This document shows, in pieces, positions 20,390 through 31,360 of a stretch of DNA of 64,000 bases. Source of the DNA: Clostridia bacterium. GTDB lineage: Bacteria; Bacillota; Clostridia; JAAYHZ01. A program made the translations under genes and the position numbers. The stretch lies in contig JBMNIH010000009.1 in assembly GCA_050950825.1 (NCBI GenBank), positions 160,001-224,000 of the forward strand. The letters run 5' to 3'. How positions within the stretch are numbered: position 1 is the first letter of the stretch; every line of letters begins with the position of its first letter. A model generated the notes under the pieces. That model was not told the DNA's origin and searched no databases. It was given only the letters and a program-made list of their open reading frames with translations.

Positions 20390-21466
20390 GTGTTGCAATT
20401 AAAACAAGTAAAAGAATTGGAATTGAAACATTTAAGGGAAAGTCAGCTTGTGAACGGTGTCCAAGCCTTTATAATCAAGGACAAATTCAACTGTACCTAT
20501 GTCACCGGATATACGGGCGAGTTTTTTACCGCTGTGATCACGAATGGGAACAATTACTTGGTGGTTAATTCCCTGTACGAAGAACAGGTAAGACAAGAAA
20601 CATTCGGATATATCCCCGTGGTGTTTTCTAACGATGCTTATGAAACCGTTGCGCAAATTTTAGAAAAGGAACAAATCCGACATATTGCAGGGGAATTTTC
20701 TTCCGAGGAAGAAGCCGTAGCCAAATTTAGAGTCATAAGTGCTCGACCGGAAAATAATTTCTTAACCCAAAAAAGAATTGTAAAGAACGAATACGAATTG
20801 GAATGCATTCGAAAAGCAAACAAAATCTCCTGTGACGCCTTTAATCACTGCTTGCATATGATTAAGCCCGGTATCACCGAACTGGAAATTGCGGCGGAAA
20901 TCGAATATTACATGAAGAAAAACGGATCGTATAAAACGTCCTTTGAAACCATTGTGGTTTCGGGTGTACGATCCGCACTGCCTCACGGTACTCCTAGCGA
21001 AAAGAAAATCGAATACGGAGATCCCGTGACCTTGGATTTTGGAGCCACTTATCGGTCCTATTGCGCGGATATTACCCGTACCGTTTTTGTCGGGAAGCCT
21101 TCCGATGAAATGATAAAGATCTATAATACCGTATTGGAATCCCAAAGACGGACGGTAGAATTCGTTAAAAGCGGATTGACGGGTATTCAAATCGATGCTT
21201 TTGCACGTGACATTATTGCGAAAGCCGGTTTTGGCCAAAATTTCGTCCACGGACTCGGTCACGGTGTAGGCTTGCAGGTTCATGAGGCGCCAAGACTCAA
21301 TAGCAAAGGAGATACTGCTGTTCCCGAAAATGCGGTGGTTACCGTAGAGCCCGGAATTTATATCGGCAATGTAGGCGGAGTTCGTATCGAGGATTCCGTT
21401 ATCGTGAAAAAAGACGGGGTAGAAGTGCTTACGGCATCGGCGGATAAATCTTTAATTATTTTATAA
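20390..21466 (+). CDS. Xaa-Pro aminopeptidase (M24B)
   Basis: ALPHG, DFGA, ADITRT, HGLGHGVGL, HE, TVEPG, GVRIED; GTG start after GGAGG. Confidence 0.92.
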   Translation: MLQLKQVKELELKHLRESQLVNGVQAFIIKDKFNCTYVTGYTGEFFTAVITNGNNYLVVNSLYEEQVRQETFGYIPVVFSNDAYETVAQILEKEQIRHIAGEFSSEEEAVAKFRVISARPENNFLTQKRIVKNEYELECIRKANKISCDAFNHCLHMIKPGITELEIAAEIEYYMKKNGSYKTSFETIVVSGVRSALPHGTPSEKKIEYGDPVTLDFGATYRSYCADITRTVFVGKPSDEMIKIYNTVLESQRRTVEFVKSGLTGIQIDAFARDIIAKAGFGQNFVHGLGHGVGLQVHEAPRLNSKGDTAVPENAVVTVEPGIYIGNVGGVRIEDSVIVKKDGVEVLTASADKSLIIL

Positions 21467-21504
21467 TATTTCGAGTTACGATTTACGATATAGAAGGAAG
21501 GCAT

Positions 21505-22752
21505 ATGAAGTTTGACAAAAAGATCCTTTTAATAGGGTTAGGGTTTTTTACCGTAACCGTTGCATGGGCCGTATACAACGCATTCGTTCCGATTTTTTTG
21601 GATCGCATGATTGAGAATACCGTTTTTATCGGTTTTATCATGACTTTTGATAATATATCCGGGGTTCTTTTGCAGCCTTATTTCGGAAGCTTAAGCGATA
21701 GGACCAAAACACGTTTCGGAAGAAGAATGCCTTTTCTCATGATCGGCATACCTATTGCCGCTTTGGCTTTGTCTTTGATTCCGTTTCATGTAAACCTGCT
21801 AACATTGATGGCCGCCATTATCGTTATGAACTTCGGCATGAGCGTCTATCGCGCTCCCGTTGTTGCCATGATGCCGGACTGCACGCCGGAGCACAAGCGA
21901 AGCAATGCAAACGGAATCATTAATTTTATGGGTGGCTTAGGTACGCTGATCGCCTTTTTATTGGGAGGTATGCTGTTCGATTTGAACGAAAAGCTGCCGT
22001 TTATAGCAAGTGCCGTTATTATGCTTCTGGCGGTCAGCATTTTGTTTCTTTTTTACAAAGAACCGCCTCAGCCTTTGTACGAACAGCCCGTCGTCGAGAA
22101 AACCGGCGACGATTCGGATTTTGACCCCGAAGACGATTCTCCTTCGGGATTGGTAAAGAAAGCAAAAAGCTTAATGAGCGAGCATAGGGAGTTAATTGCC
22201 ATCCTTTTTGCAATTTTCTTTTTGTTTTGCGGATACAACGCCATTGAAACCTACTTGTCCTTGTATTCCACCTACATATTGAATATCACTCCGGGAGAAG
22301 CCTCGACCATATTTGCTCTTTTGGCGGGAGCTTTTTTGGTATTTACCATACCTGCCGGATTTATAGGGGAGAAGCTGGGCCGGTTAAAAAGCATGATCAT
22401 CGGTCTTGCGGTTATAACGGCATGTTTATGCGTCATTATGGTTTACCCGGTGAAAGAAATCGTGCAAGTTCTTATGATCGTAAACGGTTTTTCTTGGGCT
22501 TTAGTCATGATCAACTCGTATCCTTACGTGGTGAGCCTTGCACCATCAAACCGCCTTGGGAAATACACCGGATATTATTATTTCTTTTCGTTTTTTGCAA
22601 GCATCGTAAGTCCTTTGTTGTTCGGTGCCATCGTGAATCGAACAAAGGATTATAAAATTTTATTCGTATACTCTGCGGTCATGTTTACATTGGCCTTATG
22701 CATTTTGGTTCCTTTATGGATTGTAAACACACGGCAAAAGAAAGCGGATTGA
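21505..22752 (+). CDS. MFS sugar transporter (GPH/sucrose-maltose-like)
   Basis: QPYFGSLSDRTKTRFGRRMPF motif; about 12 hydrophobic segments. Confidence 0.85.
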   Translation: MKFDKKILLIGLGFFTVTVAWAVYNAFVPIFLDRMIENTVFIGFIMTFDNISGVLLQPYFGSLSDRTKTRFGRRMPFLMIGIPIAALALSLIPFHVNLLTLMAAIIVMNFGMSVYRAPVVAMMPDCTPEHKRSNANGIINFMGGLGTLIAFLLGGMLFDLNEKLPFIASAVIMLLAVSILFLFYKEPPQPLYEQPVVEKTGDDSDFDPEDDSPSGLVKKAKSLMSEHRELIAILFAIFFLFCGYNAIETYLSLYSTYILNITPGEASTIFALLAGAFLVFTIPAGFIGEKLGRLKSMIIGLAVITACLCVIMVYPVKEIVQVLMIVNGFSWALVMINSYPYVVSLAPSNRLGKYTGYYYFFSFFASIVSPLLFGAIVNRTKDYKILFVYSAVMFTLALCILVPLWIVNTRQKKAD

Positions 22753-22952
22753 AAGTAAAGAAAAAAGGCAGGATTAGACTTTTAATGCATCGTTTACCCT
22801 GTTCTTTTTTTTGATACTACCGTTATTTTATAAAGAATTGCAAATAATAAAGTTGTTGTTCGAATCGTTGAAATTATAACGATTCGAAAGCCGCTGATGT
22901 AACCATTAATATACATAATGCATATGATAATGTGTATTGAGAGGTGTATTAT

Positions 22953-24212
22953 ATGGGAAAATTTATTGTAAGAGGAGGTCATCCTCTAAACGGTAGTGTT
23001 AAAATACAAGGTTCGAAAAACGCTGTTCTACCGATTCTTGCCGCTTCTTTGTTGAATAAAGGAACATGCAAATTGAACAACTGCCCCAATTTGCGTGACG
23101 TCAACGTTGCCATTGAAATTCTGAATATTATCGGGGCAGAAACCTCATTTACCGATCATACCATCCGAATCACCTGTAAAGAAATCAAGGAAACCGTCGT
23201 GCCGAATCATTTGGCGGCGGAAATGCGCTCTTCCATCATTTTTTTAGGACCGATGCTTGCAAGATGCAAAGAAATCAGCATTAGCTATCCGGGTGGTTGT
23301 GAAATCGGACCGAGGCCTATCGATCTACATATAAAAGCTTTAAAAAAAATGGGTGCGGAAATTTTTTTTGCAAATGAAGGGATTTTGCGCTGCAGAGCGA
23401 ATGAACTAATAGGCTGCGAAATGAATTTGGATTACCCGAGCGTAGGCGCTACCGAGAACATCATGTTAGCGGCAGTCTATGCAAAAGGACGCACCATCAT
23501 TAACAATCCCGCAAAAGAGCCGGAAATCATTAGCCTGCAAAACTTTTTAAAGGCAATGGGGGTTTCCGTTTACGGTGCGGGTTCCGGTAGAATAGTGATT
23601 GAGGGACGGGAAGAAATTGCCTGCGACATGGAATTTGACATCATTCCGGATCGCATCGAGGCAGGAACCATGATGGCGGCGGCAGCCATCACCGGAGGCG
23701 AATTGTATCTTCAAAACATTATTCCGGGTCATATACGGCCCATTATTTTAAAAATGACGGAGGCAGGCTGCCATATACAAGAAGAAGAGGACAGTCTGAA
23801 AGTAACGGCACCGAAACGGTTGAAGGCGGTAGATATTACCCGCACATCGCCCTATCCCGGATTTCCGACGGATATGCAGCCGCAAACGGTAGCCATGTTG
23901 TCTCTAGCCCAAGGTACTTCCATCATGATCGAAACGGTTTTCGACAATCGATTCGGCTATACGGAAGAATTGAAGAAGATGGGAGCGGACATTTTTGTAG
24001 AAGGAAGAGCGGCCATTATCCGCGGAGTACCGGAATTATACGGTTCTTATGTAAAATCCAAAGATTTAAGAGGCGGAGCGGCATTAATCTTAGCGGGGTT
24101 AGCCGCAAAAGGGGAAACGATTGTGGATGGCGCTGTGCATATTGAAAGAGGATATGATAAAATAGAAGACAAATTAAGAAACGTAGGTGCAGATATTATA
24201 AAAATAGACTAG
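22953..24212 (+). CDS. murA: UDP-N-acetylglucosamine 1-carboxyvinyltransferase
   Basis: GSKNAVLP, PGGCEIGPRPIDLH, PSVGATEN, PGFPTDMQ, DLRGGA, ERGY. Confidence 0.96.
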   Translation: MGKFIVRGGHPLNGSVKIQGSKNAVLPILAASLLNKGTCKLNNCPNLRDVNVAIEILNIIGAETSFTDHTIRITCKEIKETVVPNHLAAEMRSSIIFLGPMLARCKEISISYPGGCEIGPRPIDLHIKALKKMGAEIFFANEGILRCRANELIGCEMNLDYPSVGATENIMLAAVYAKGRTIINNPAKEPEIISLQNFLKAMGVSVYGAGSGRIVIEGREEIACDMEFDIIPDRIEAGTMMAAAAITGGELYLQNIIPGHIRPIILKMTEAGCHIQEEEDSLKVTAPKRLKAVDITRTSPYPGFPTDMQPQTVAMLSLAQGTSIMIETVFDNRFGYTEELKKMGADIFVEGRAAIIRGVPELYGSYVKSKDLRGGAALILAGLAAKGETIVDGAVHIERGYDKIEDKLRNVGADIIKID

Positions 24213-24227
24213 ACAGGCGGTTTTTGT

Positions 24228-25046
24228 ATGAAGGTAAGGTATTATATACCTGTTGTTTTACTTTTGGCGTTGGTTGCATTTTTGGCATTGATTTTAAATC
24301 TGGAATACTTTAATATCACACGGTTGGAGTTTGAAGGGAATGAACGTTATTCTGACGCCATTCTATTAAAAAACACCAACCTGAAAACAGGTGAAAACGG
24401 ATTTAAACAATTATTTGACCACGGGGGTAAGGTATACCTGCTAAGGTTTACGAAAGAAGAAGAATACTTAAAAGAAGTTTTCCCGTACATAAAAAAAATC
24501 GAAATCACGTATCGACTGCCGAATCTCATAAAATATAATATCGAAGAAGGAAAGTCCATCTTCTACACCGCTTATTTGGGAACCTACTTGCTTTTGGATT
24601 ATGAAGGAACCGTTCTCGAGGTTACGGATAATGTGGCAAAGGATGAACTGATTTTATTGTCCGGGATATCCTTTACCACTTTTAAGACCGGTAGAAAGTT
24701 GGATTTGGACGACAAAAAGAAGTTAGATACGTCAACGACGGTTTATCATACCGTAAAAAAAATCGACGAAAAAAACAAGTACATTGAAGAATTCTTACCT
24801 CTTATTAAAGAAATCAGCTTTGCCGATAAAAAGAATATCCATATTCTTCTGGAAAACAATATTGTGGCCATTATACCTGCGGACGATAATATCGGCTACA
24901 ACGTCACTTCGTTAATGGATATCTATTTCAAAAGCTTACAAGTCAAGGGAAACGGCATTTTGGATTTTACGGGAAGCGATCCCGTTTTTATTCCGTATAA
25001 AGATGACCGGAATACGGAAGAAACCACATCTGCAAAAACGGGATAA
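24228..25046 (+). CDS. ftsQ: Cell division protein FtsQ/DivIB
   Basis: Single N-terminal TM helix, POTRA-like 'FNITRLEFEGNE...PYIK...LPN'; position between murA and ftsA/ftsZ. Confidence 0.75.
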   Translation: MKVRYYIPVVLLLALVAFLALILNLEYFNITRLEFEGNERYSDAILLKNTNLKTGENGFKQLFDHGGKVYLLRFTKEEEYLKEVFPYIKKIEITYRLPNLIKYNIEEGKSIFYTAYLGTYLLLDYEGTVLEVTDNVAKDELILLSGISFTTFKTGRKLDLDDKKKLDTSTTVYHTVKKIDEKNKYIEEFLPLIKEISFADKKNIHILLENNIVAIIPADDNIGYNVTSLMDIYFKSLQVKGNGILDFTGSDPVFIPYKDDRNTEETTSAKTG

Positions 25047-25151
25047 CCGATTTCTATTTAATTAGGAGATAGAGCATAATGTATTATGGTATTATGTATA
25101 TGTACGTAAAAATACCATAATCGTGTAATATTTGCGAAAGGAAGTGTCCGT

Positions 25152-26814
25152 ATGAGCCGAAAAACCCGACTTCTTAGCGTACTTTTCCTATCGGTCGTTC
25201 TTGCTACGATATCATGCCATGATCAAAAATCCTTTCAATCCCATATCGTCGGCGAAGAAGATCCCGTTCAAGAAAATGGGTGAATATATTTCTTATCTTA
25301 ATGACGAGCCTTTTGTCATTCTTTATTCGTATAACGATTATTGGGGAGTTCCTCTTGTTTCCGGATCCAATATGACGCTGAATCACATCACTCTATCCGA
25401 TTTGTGCAAAAAACAATTGGGCTTTTCGCTAAAGTTTAAGAGAATTTCCCCGGATATGTATGAAGATAATTCATACGCCAAACACATTATGTCCGGTGAT
25501 AGAGGTGACTTGATTTTTCCGAAGCAACTTACCGGGGGAAAACGTTTCTCAACCGGCGATCACTATTGGTGCGATCGATATATCCGGCAGGGGATTTATA
25601 AAGACTTAACCCCTTATATCGAGCGGTTTTGTCCCGAAGCCATTATCCAATTTGAACGATATCCCGAAATAAAAGCCATGTGTGTGAAAGAAGGTAAAAC
25701 CTATGCTATTTATGCCGGTATGCCCGATATTTCCGTTCTTACTCTGATAGCCAAAAATGATTTATTAAATGATAACGGTATAAACATCCAAGATATTAAT
25801 AATTTCGATGCACTTTTTGAATTCATGAAGAGCTTATACCAAGGGCGTGAGCCGACCTCCGATTTTAACAAAATTATGGTCAATCCGGTTTGGTTATTCA
25901 AGTATGCCGTCTATAATTCCGGTTATTACCCCATGAATTTCGATATGTATGACGTTGTGTTTAAAATGAACGATGAACGATGCATACCGTACCTCGTTGA
26001 AAATACGGAGATATTCCCGTATTTTATGGAGCGCTTTTCAAGATTTTTTACCTGTTCCTATTTCACATCTGAATACTTATACATTTATATGGAACCTCAC
26101 AAGAATTACGATTTGTACATAACCGCAAATCCGCTGTTTTTTATCAACAGGCAATCCCGATTTTGCACAAACGATACGAATAATTTTTTTACCAATCATT
26201 CTATCGTATTGTTTGACGACCAAAAGGTTTTAATCAATGACTTTACCAATATACTACTTATTACCGTTCCCGAGGCTAGCGAGCAGCCTGAAAAAGCTTT
26301 AATATTCATGCAGTGGCTTATGACGAACCAAGAAGCGGCGGATATATTGACATTCGGCTCGCGGCTCATGGGTTCGAATCATTTCCGGTATTCTTACGAC
26401 GGGACCATCATTCCCGAAAAATATAACACGATCTACGTTTTTTATAATTTGGTCTCGAATTTTTCGGAGAAAGCGTTTTTGTCAGGAAACAAGGATTTTG
26501 ACATATCGCAGCAATACAAGGAATTGACCTTGCATGCGGAATATCCGACACTCTATAATATGATTGATGCGCAGCACCCTCATTATTTGACATTCGAAGA
26601 ATTTGATGAATCTATTGAACCTGTTCAGTACAAACGGAAAGCATACATCGACAATTGCTTGTCCGAGTTGATGAACAACCCCGATAACCGCATCGATGCA
26701 AACAAGATCACTACCGAACTGTACGAGCTGACGGATATGGAAAAAATGATTGAAGATTATCGAGAGTTTGTTCGCAAGATTTTTGAATCCGGCGAAGTCA
26801 TTTATGGAAATTAA
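25152..26814 (+). pseudogene. Frameshifted extracellular solute-binding lipoprotein (DUF3502-like C-terminus)
   Basis: ATG 25152 gives MSRKTRLLSVLFLSVVLATISC (lipobox) and stops at 25281-83. The body (GDRGDL, DLTPYI, SEQPEKAL, LTFG) is in the +1 frame. Confidence 0.6.
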
Positions 26815-26958
26815 AGCCGGCCTTTGTTTACCTTATCTTTGTTCATTTACACCCTTTTTGTGAAATGCTATTGAACTTGAAACATAAAGACGTTATTATG
26901 TAAATATATACGAGTGTCAAGGATTTCAAGTACTTCGTATTAAAATCGGAAGCCGGGA

Positions 26959-28191
26959 GTGAAAAATTTGGATTTTGATGTTGTCGCAATTGACATTACA
27001 TCGTCAATGCCGAGTATATGTATCGGAAACATAAATAAAGCCGGTCAGATTCAATCAAAAGCGCAAGTTTGCGTCGAGTGCAGCGGGATTAAAAAAGGTG
27101 TCATAGAAGATCTTGAAACCGTTACCGTATCCTTATCTCAAATGATCAAAGCCGTTAAAACCCAATATGGAATCGATACAAGATCCGCTTTTATTAATGT
27201 TCCCTGCTACATGTGCAAAATCAGCTACCATTCGGTTACCGAAGATATATACAACAAAGAAATTGACGATGAGATTGTTCAGAAAATAAAGAGTAAGCTT
27301 TTATCCGCGCCAAGGCATGAAGGTTATACGGTTATCGATATTGCGTTAACCAAGTTTATGTTGGACAGCAATTTGGAAACGCGGGATCCTTTAGGAAAAT
27401 TTGCGAACCGGTTATCCGCTTCTGCAAATATCATATCGATAAAAACAGAGTATTTCGAAATTTTGAAGAATCTGTTCGAAAAGCTGGGCATGCAAATGGA
27501 CGGAATTGTGATGAATACATTAAGCGGGCTTTCCTTGTTGCCCTTTTCGGACAGCGAAAGATCGAATGTGGTCGTCCTTAATATTTCACGGGAAATAACC
27601 GACATCACGGTGTGCCAATTCGGTAAAATTGCCTATGTGGATACCATTTTTGCCGGAGCAAAGAACATCATAAAGGATGTTTCCATTGGACTGAATATCA
27701 GCCCGGAAGACGCTGAAAAGGTACTGCGGAATTATCCCATTGCCGATCCCCAATACATAATCCAAGATATAGAAAATTCAGTAAAAACAGCTTCCGGTGA
27801 GAGCATTACTTTTATGCTGTCCGATATGGTCACCTTCGTTCGGGATCGAATATTGGATATTTATGATATATGTTTGGAACGGTTAGAACAGGAGGGAATT
27901 CTTCTGTCTAAGGATTACAAAATCTGCATATACGGATCCGATATTGAGAAATATTCCGGCTACATGGATTTGGCTCAGCAGGTTTTTGACATAAAAATCA
28001 AAAAGATACCCTATGCCTTGTTTGAAGTGGAAGATATATGCTATGGAGCCGGCTGCGGAATGATACGGTACATATCCCAGCACCCCTTGTTAAGGAAAGA
28101 AAGCAAATTGCACGTAAAGCACGAGCCGGTGTTCCGCAAGAAAAAGTCTTCTTTATTGAAAAAGTTTATAGGTTTCTTGAAAATCGATTGA
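26959..28191 (+). CDS. ftsA: Cell division protein FtsA (divergent)
   Basis: GIKKGVIEDLE, DPLG, I-x-x-D-V-S-I-G-L, C-terminal amphipathic helix; directly upstream of ftsZ. Confidence 0.78.
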   Translation: MKNLDFDVVAIDITSSMPSICIGNINKAGQIQSKAQVCVECSGIKKGVIEDLETVTVSLSQMIKAVKTQYGIDTRSAFINVPCYMCKISYHSVTEDIYNKEIDDEIVQKIKSKLLSAPRHEGYTVIDIALTKFMLDSNLETRDPLGKFANRLSASANIISIKTEYFEILKNLFEKLGMQMDGIVMNTLSGLSLLPFSDSERSNVVVLNISREITDITVCQFGKIAYVDTIFAGAKNIIKDVSIGLNISPEDAEKVLRNYPIADPQYIIQDIENSVKTASGESITFMLSDMVTFVRDRILDIYDICLERLEQEGILLSKDYKICIYGSDIEKYSGYMDLAQQVFDIKIKKIPYALFEVEDICYGAGCGMIRYISQHPLLRKESKLHVKHEPVFRKKKSSLLKKFIGFLKID

Positions 28192-28307
28192 TTTTACTTC
28201 TAACTTAACGTTATAATCTATGCAAGAAGTATAATTTATAAATATGAGTGGAAGTAAAAGCGATATTGAGGATAGATAAAAGGTAAAGTTGAAGAGGAGG
28301 AGTTTAC

Positions 28308-29486
28308 GTGCTTGAATTTGATTTTGATACGGAACGTTTTGCCCAGATTAAAGTAATAGGAGTTGGCGGCGGCGGTAATAATGCTGTAAACAGAATGATT
28401 GACATGGGATTACGAGGTGTCGAGTTTATCGCGGTTAATACGGACAAGCAATCGCTGTTTCAATCCAAAGCCAATACAAAGATACAAATAGGGGATAAAA
28501 TTACAAAGGGACTTGGAGCAGGTGCGAATCCTGAAATCGGTGAAAAATCCGCGGAAGAAAGCAAAGAAGAAATCGCTCAAGCAATAAAAGGAACCGATTT
28601 GGTTTTTGTTACCGCAGGTATGGGGGGAGGAACAGGAACCGGTGCTATTCCCGTTATTGCTCGTATTGCCAAAGAGATGGACATTCTGACCGTCGGAGTC
28701 GTTACGAAACCCTTTACTTTTGAAGGACGCAGAAGAAAACTCAATGCCGAAGAAGGGTTGGAAAAGCTGATACAAGAAGTGGATACGCTTATCACGATAC
28801 CGAACGATCGATTATTGCAAATTTCCGATAAGAAGACACCGATCGTGGATGCCTTTAAAATGGCGGACGATGTATTACGTTTAGGGGTTCAAAGTATTTC
28901 CGACCTTATTGCCGTGCCCGGCCTTGTCAATTTGGACTTAGCCGACGTTAAAACCATTATGATGCGTTCCGGTATCGCTCATATGGGTATCGGTCGTGCA
29001 TCCGGCGACAGCAGAGCGGAAAAAGCCGTTAAGACGGCAATCGAAAGTCCCTTGCTTGAAACCTCCATTACCGGTGCAACTCGCGTTCTGATTAACATTT
29101 CCGGCGGACCGGAATTAAGCTTAAACGAAGTCTACGAAGCTTCGGAACACATTTACAACTTGGTGGATCCGGAAGCGAATATCATTTGGGGAGCCGGAAT
29201 TGACGAAAGCTTAGGAGACGATGTAGCCATTACGGTTATTGCTACGGGCTTTAATGAAAAAGACAGCAAGCTGCTCTTATTCGACGATAAGGAAACAACC
29301 CGTAAGCAACCGGAACCCTCCCGAACTTCGGCACAGGAACAAGCACAACAGCAACGGCAACCGCAACAGCAGCCTTATCAAGCACAAAAACAACCCTCAA
29401 AAGAAAGCGGTTACGGTTTGAAGACAACATTTAGCGACAGCGAATTGGAAATACCGCCTTTCTTAAGAAATACAAGAAGAAGATAA
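28308..29486 (+). CDS. ftsZ: Cell division protein FtsZ
   Basis: [15 protein letters not shown] tubulin signature, C-terminal LEIPPFLR. Confidence 0.98.
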   Translation: MLEFDFDTERFAQIKVIGVGGGGNNAVNRMIDMGLRGVEFIAVNTDKQSLFQSKANTKIQIGDKITKGLGAGANPEIGEKSAEESKEEIAQAIKGTDLVFVTAGMGGGTGTGAIPVIARIAKEMDILTVGVVTKPFTFEGRRRKLNAEEGLEKLIQEVDTLITIPNDRLLQISDKKTPIVDAFKMADDVLRLGVQSISDLIAVPGLVNLDLADVKTIMMRSGIAHMGIGRASGDSRAEKAVKTAIESPLLETSITGATRVLINISGGPELSLNEVYEASEHIYNLVDPEANIIWGAGIDESLGDDVAITVIATGFNEKDSKLLLFDDKETTRKQPEPSRTSAQEQAQQQRQPQQQPYQAQKQPSKESGYGLKTTFSDSELEIPPFLRNTRRR

Positions 29487-29653
29487 CGAATACATAGCAG
29501 CAATTATTGCAATACAAGCATTGTCTTTTCGGAGATAATGCTTTTTTCATGTTCTTTTCTTTATCTACCGACTCAACATTAAGGGAAATATTCCATGAAA
29601 TACCATGTATGCTACAATGGACTTGTACGATTAAAGACAGCGGGTGTACTTCG

Positions 29654-30493
29654 GTGACATTGTATTTAGACGTGATTTTTATTGAAAATTTGGTTATAAA
29701 TTTCTTTTTGCTGAAAGCGGTTACCCTTCTTTTGGGGATAAAGTGCAACAACATCCGATTGTTGGCCGGCGCTTTAATCGGAAGTCTTTATGTGGTTGCC
29801 ATGATTCTATGGCCCGAGCGTATATTCTTTCATTTCTCATCGAAATTCCTTTTGTCCGTCGTTATGGTTTCGGTATCCTTCAAGCCTAAATCATTAAAAA
29901 TATTTATAAAATCATTCGTCATTTTCCTATTAGGAACCTTTGCTCTTGCCGGAATAATGATGGCTTTGGATATGTCGTATTCGACTGTACAAATCGGGAA
30001 GATCCTTGTCTCGCTGCTGCTTTTGGTCATGATTTTTTTACTTATTCGAGAGTGGATCATGAAAAAATACAAAAATTGCGAATACCAAGTACGGATATGG
30101 TTCTTGGATCGGCAAATTACCCTTCCGGCATTGGTGGATACCGGAAACTTTTTAAAAGAACCGGTGACTCGCATTCCGGTTGTTATCGTAGATATGAAAG
30201 CTCTGGAAGAATTTTTACCGGAGGATATGTACAAAATGCTCAGTGAAAACAGGTGGACCGAAGAAGAAAAAGAAGATACGAACGAGTACTGGCGTATACG
30301 CATTCGTTTCATACCTTACAACACCTTGGATCAAGAAAGCCGCGTTATGATGGGGTTTGAGGCGGATTACGTGGATATATGGGGAGGTGATTTGCCTGAA
30401 ACAAGAAAGAAAGCCGTTATCGGATTTTCCAACAAGGAACTGAGCAAAAGCAAAGGCTTTCAAGCGTTAATCAATCCTTCTTTGATGGATTGA
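29654..30493 (+). CDS. spoIIGA: Sigma-E processing aspartyl protease SpoIIGA
   Basis: GTG start 'VTLYLDVIFIEN', TM helices, catalytic DTGN; upstream of sigE. Confidence 0.9.
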   Translation: MTLYLDVIFIENLVINFFLLKAVTLLLGIKCNNIRLLAGALIGSLYVVAMILWPERIFFHFSSKFLLSVVMVSVSFKPKSLKIFIKSFVIFLLGTFALAGIMMALDMSYSTVQIGKILVSLLLLVMIFLLIREWIMKKYKNCEYQVRIWFLDRQITLPALVDTGNFLKEPVTRIPVVIVDMKALEEFLPEDMYKMLSENRWTEEEKEDTNEYWRIRIRFIPYNTLDQESRVMMGFEADYVDIWGGDLPETRKKAVIGFSNKELSKSKGFQALINPSLMD

Positions 30494-30577
30494 TAAGGAT
30501 TGTTGTATCACTCGATAATATTTTTTCTGTTGTTGTCATAAGTATATATAAGGGATTTTAGAAGAGAGGGAGAAGTC

Positions 30578-31282
30578 ATGATTAAAGTTTTTTTCGATAA
30601 GATAATAAAACGCATCAAAAGTATGTTTGTTCGGTTTCTCTATTACCTTAACGGCAATGAAATATTACCGCCTCCTTTGACTAAAGAAGAGGAAGACGAA
30701 CTGATCGAGAAAATTGACGACCCGTCCGGTGAATCCAAAAAGATTTTAATCGAAAGAAACCTGCGTCTGGTCGTCTACATAGCCGGAAAATTCGATAATT
30801 CCGGTGTCAATATCGAAGATTTAATATCGATCGGAAGCATCGGCTTGATTAAAGCGGTAAACACTTTCGATCCTTCGAAAAATATAAAATTAGCTACATA
30901 CGCTTCTCGCTGCATAGAAAACGAAATATTAATGTATCTTAGGAGGAATAATAAGACGAAATCAAACATCTCTATAGACGAGCCTTTGAATGTGGACTGG
31001 GACGGAAACGAGCTTTTGCTTTCCGATATTTTAGGTACGGACAGTGATATCATATCAAAAAACATTGATAACGAGACGGACATTCAATTGCTGAAAGAAG
31101 CTTTAGGAAAGCTTTCCGAAAGAGAAAGAAAAATTATGGAATTGCGATACGGACTAACGTCGCTTGGAGAAAAAACGCAAAAAGAAGTTGCCGATATGAT
31201 GGGCATTTCGCAATCCTACATTTCAAGACTGGAAAAAAGGATCATAACGAGGTTGAAAAAAGAAATTATCAAGCTGGTATAA
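30578..31282 (+). CDS. sigE: RNA polymerase sporulation sigma factor SigE (pro-form)
   Basis: Pro-sequence then [40 protein letters not shown]. Confidence 0.96.
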   Translation: MIKVFFDKIIKRIKSMFVRFLYYLNGNEILPPPLTKEEEDELIEKIDDPSGESKKILIERNLRLVVYIAGKFDNSGVNIEDLISIGSIGLIKAVNTFDPSKNIKLATYASRCIENEILMYLRRNNKTKSNISIDEPLNVDWDGNELLLSDILGTDSDIISKNIDNETDIQLLKEALGKLSERERKIMELRYGLTSLGEKTQKEVADMMGISQSYISRLEKRIITRLKKEIIKLV

Positions 31283-31305
31283 ATAAAACCTCCGAGGAAA
31301 TAATG
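31277..31305 (+). promoter_or_regulatory. Possible sigma-F/G promoter of sigG
   Basis: GTATA, 14 bp, GGAAATAATG resembles the SigF consensus; spacing is one short. Confidence 0.35.
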
Positions 31306-31360
31306 ATTTGTGTAGACAGTTCGAGATTGTTTATACAAATCTTTTTTTGGAGGAATATTT

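Noticed and set aside
29335-29400. CAA/CAG-rich stretch in ftsZ
   Set aside because: Ordinary Gln-rich disordered FtsZ linker.
29507-29653. N-terminal extension of SpoIIGA in the ORF track
   Set aside because: Family similarity starts at GTG 29654; the upstream part is probably promoter region.
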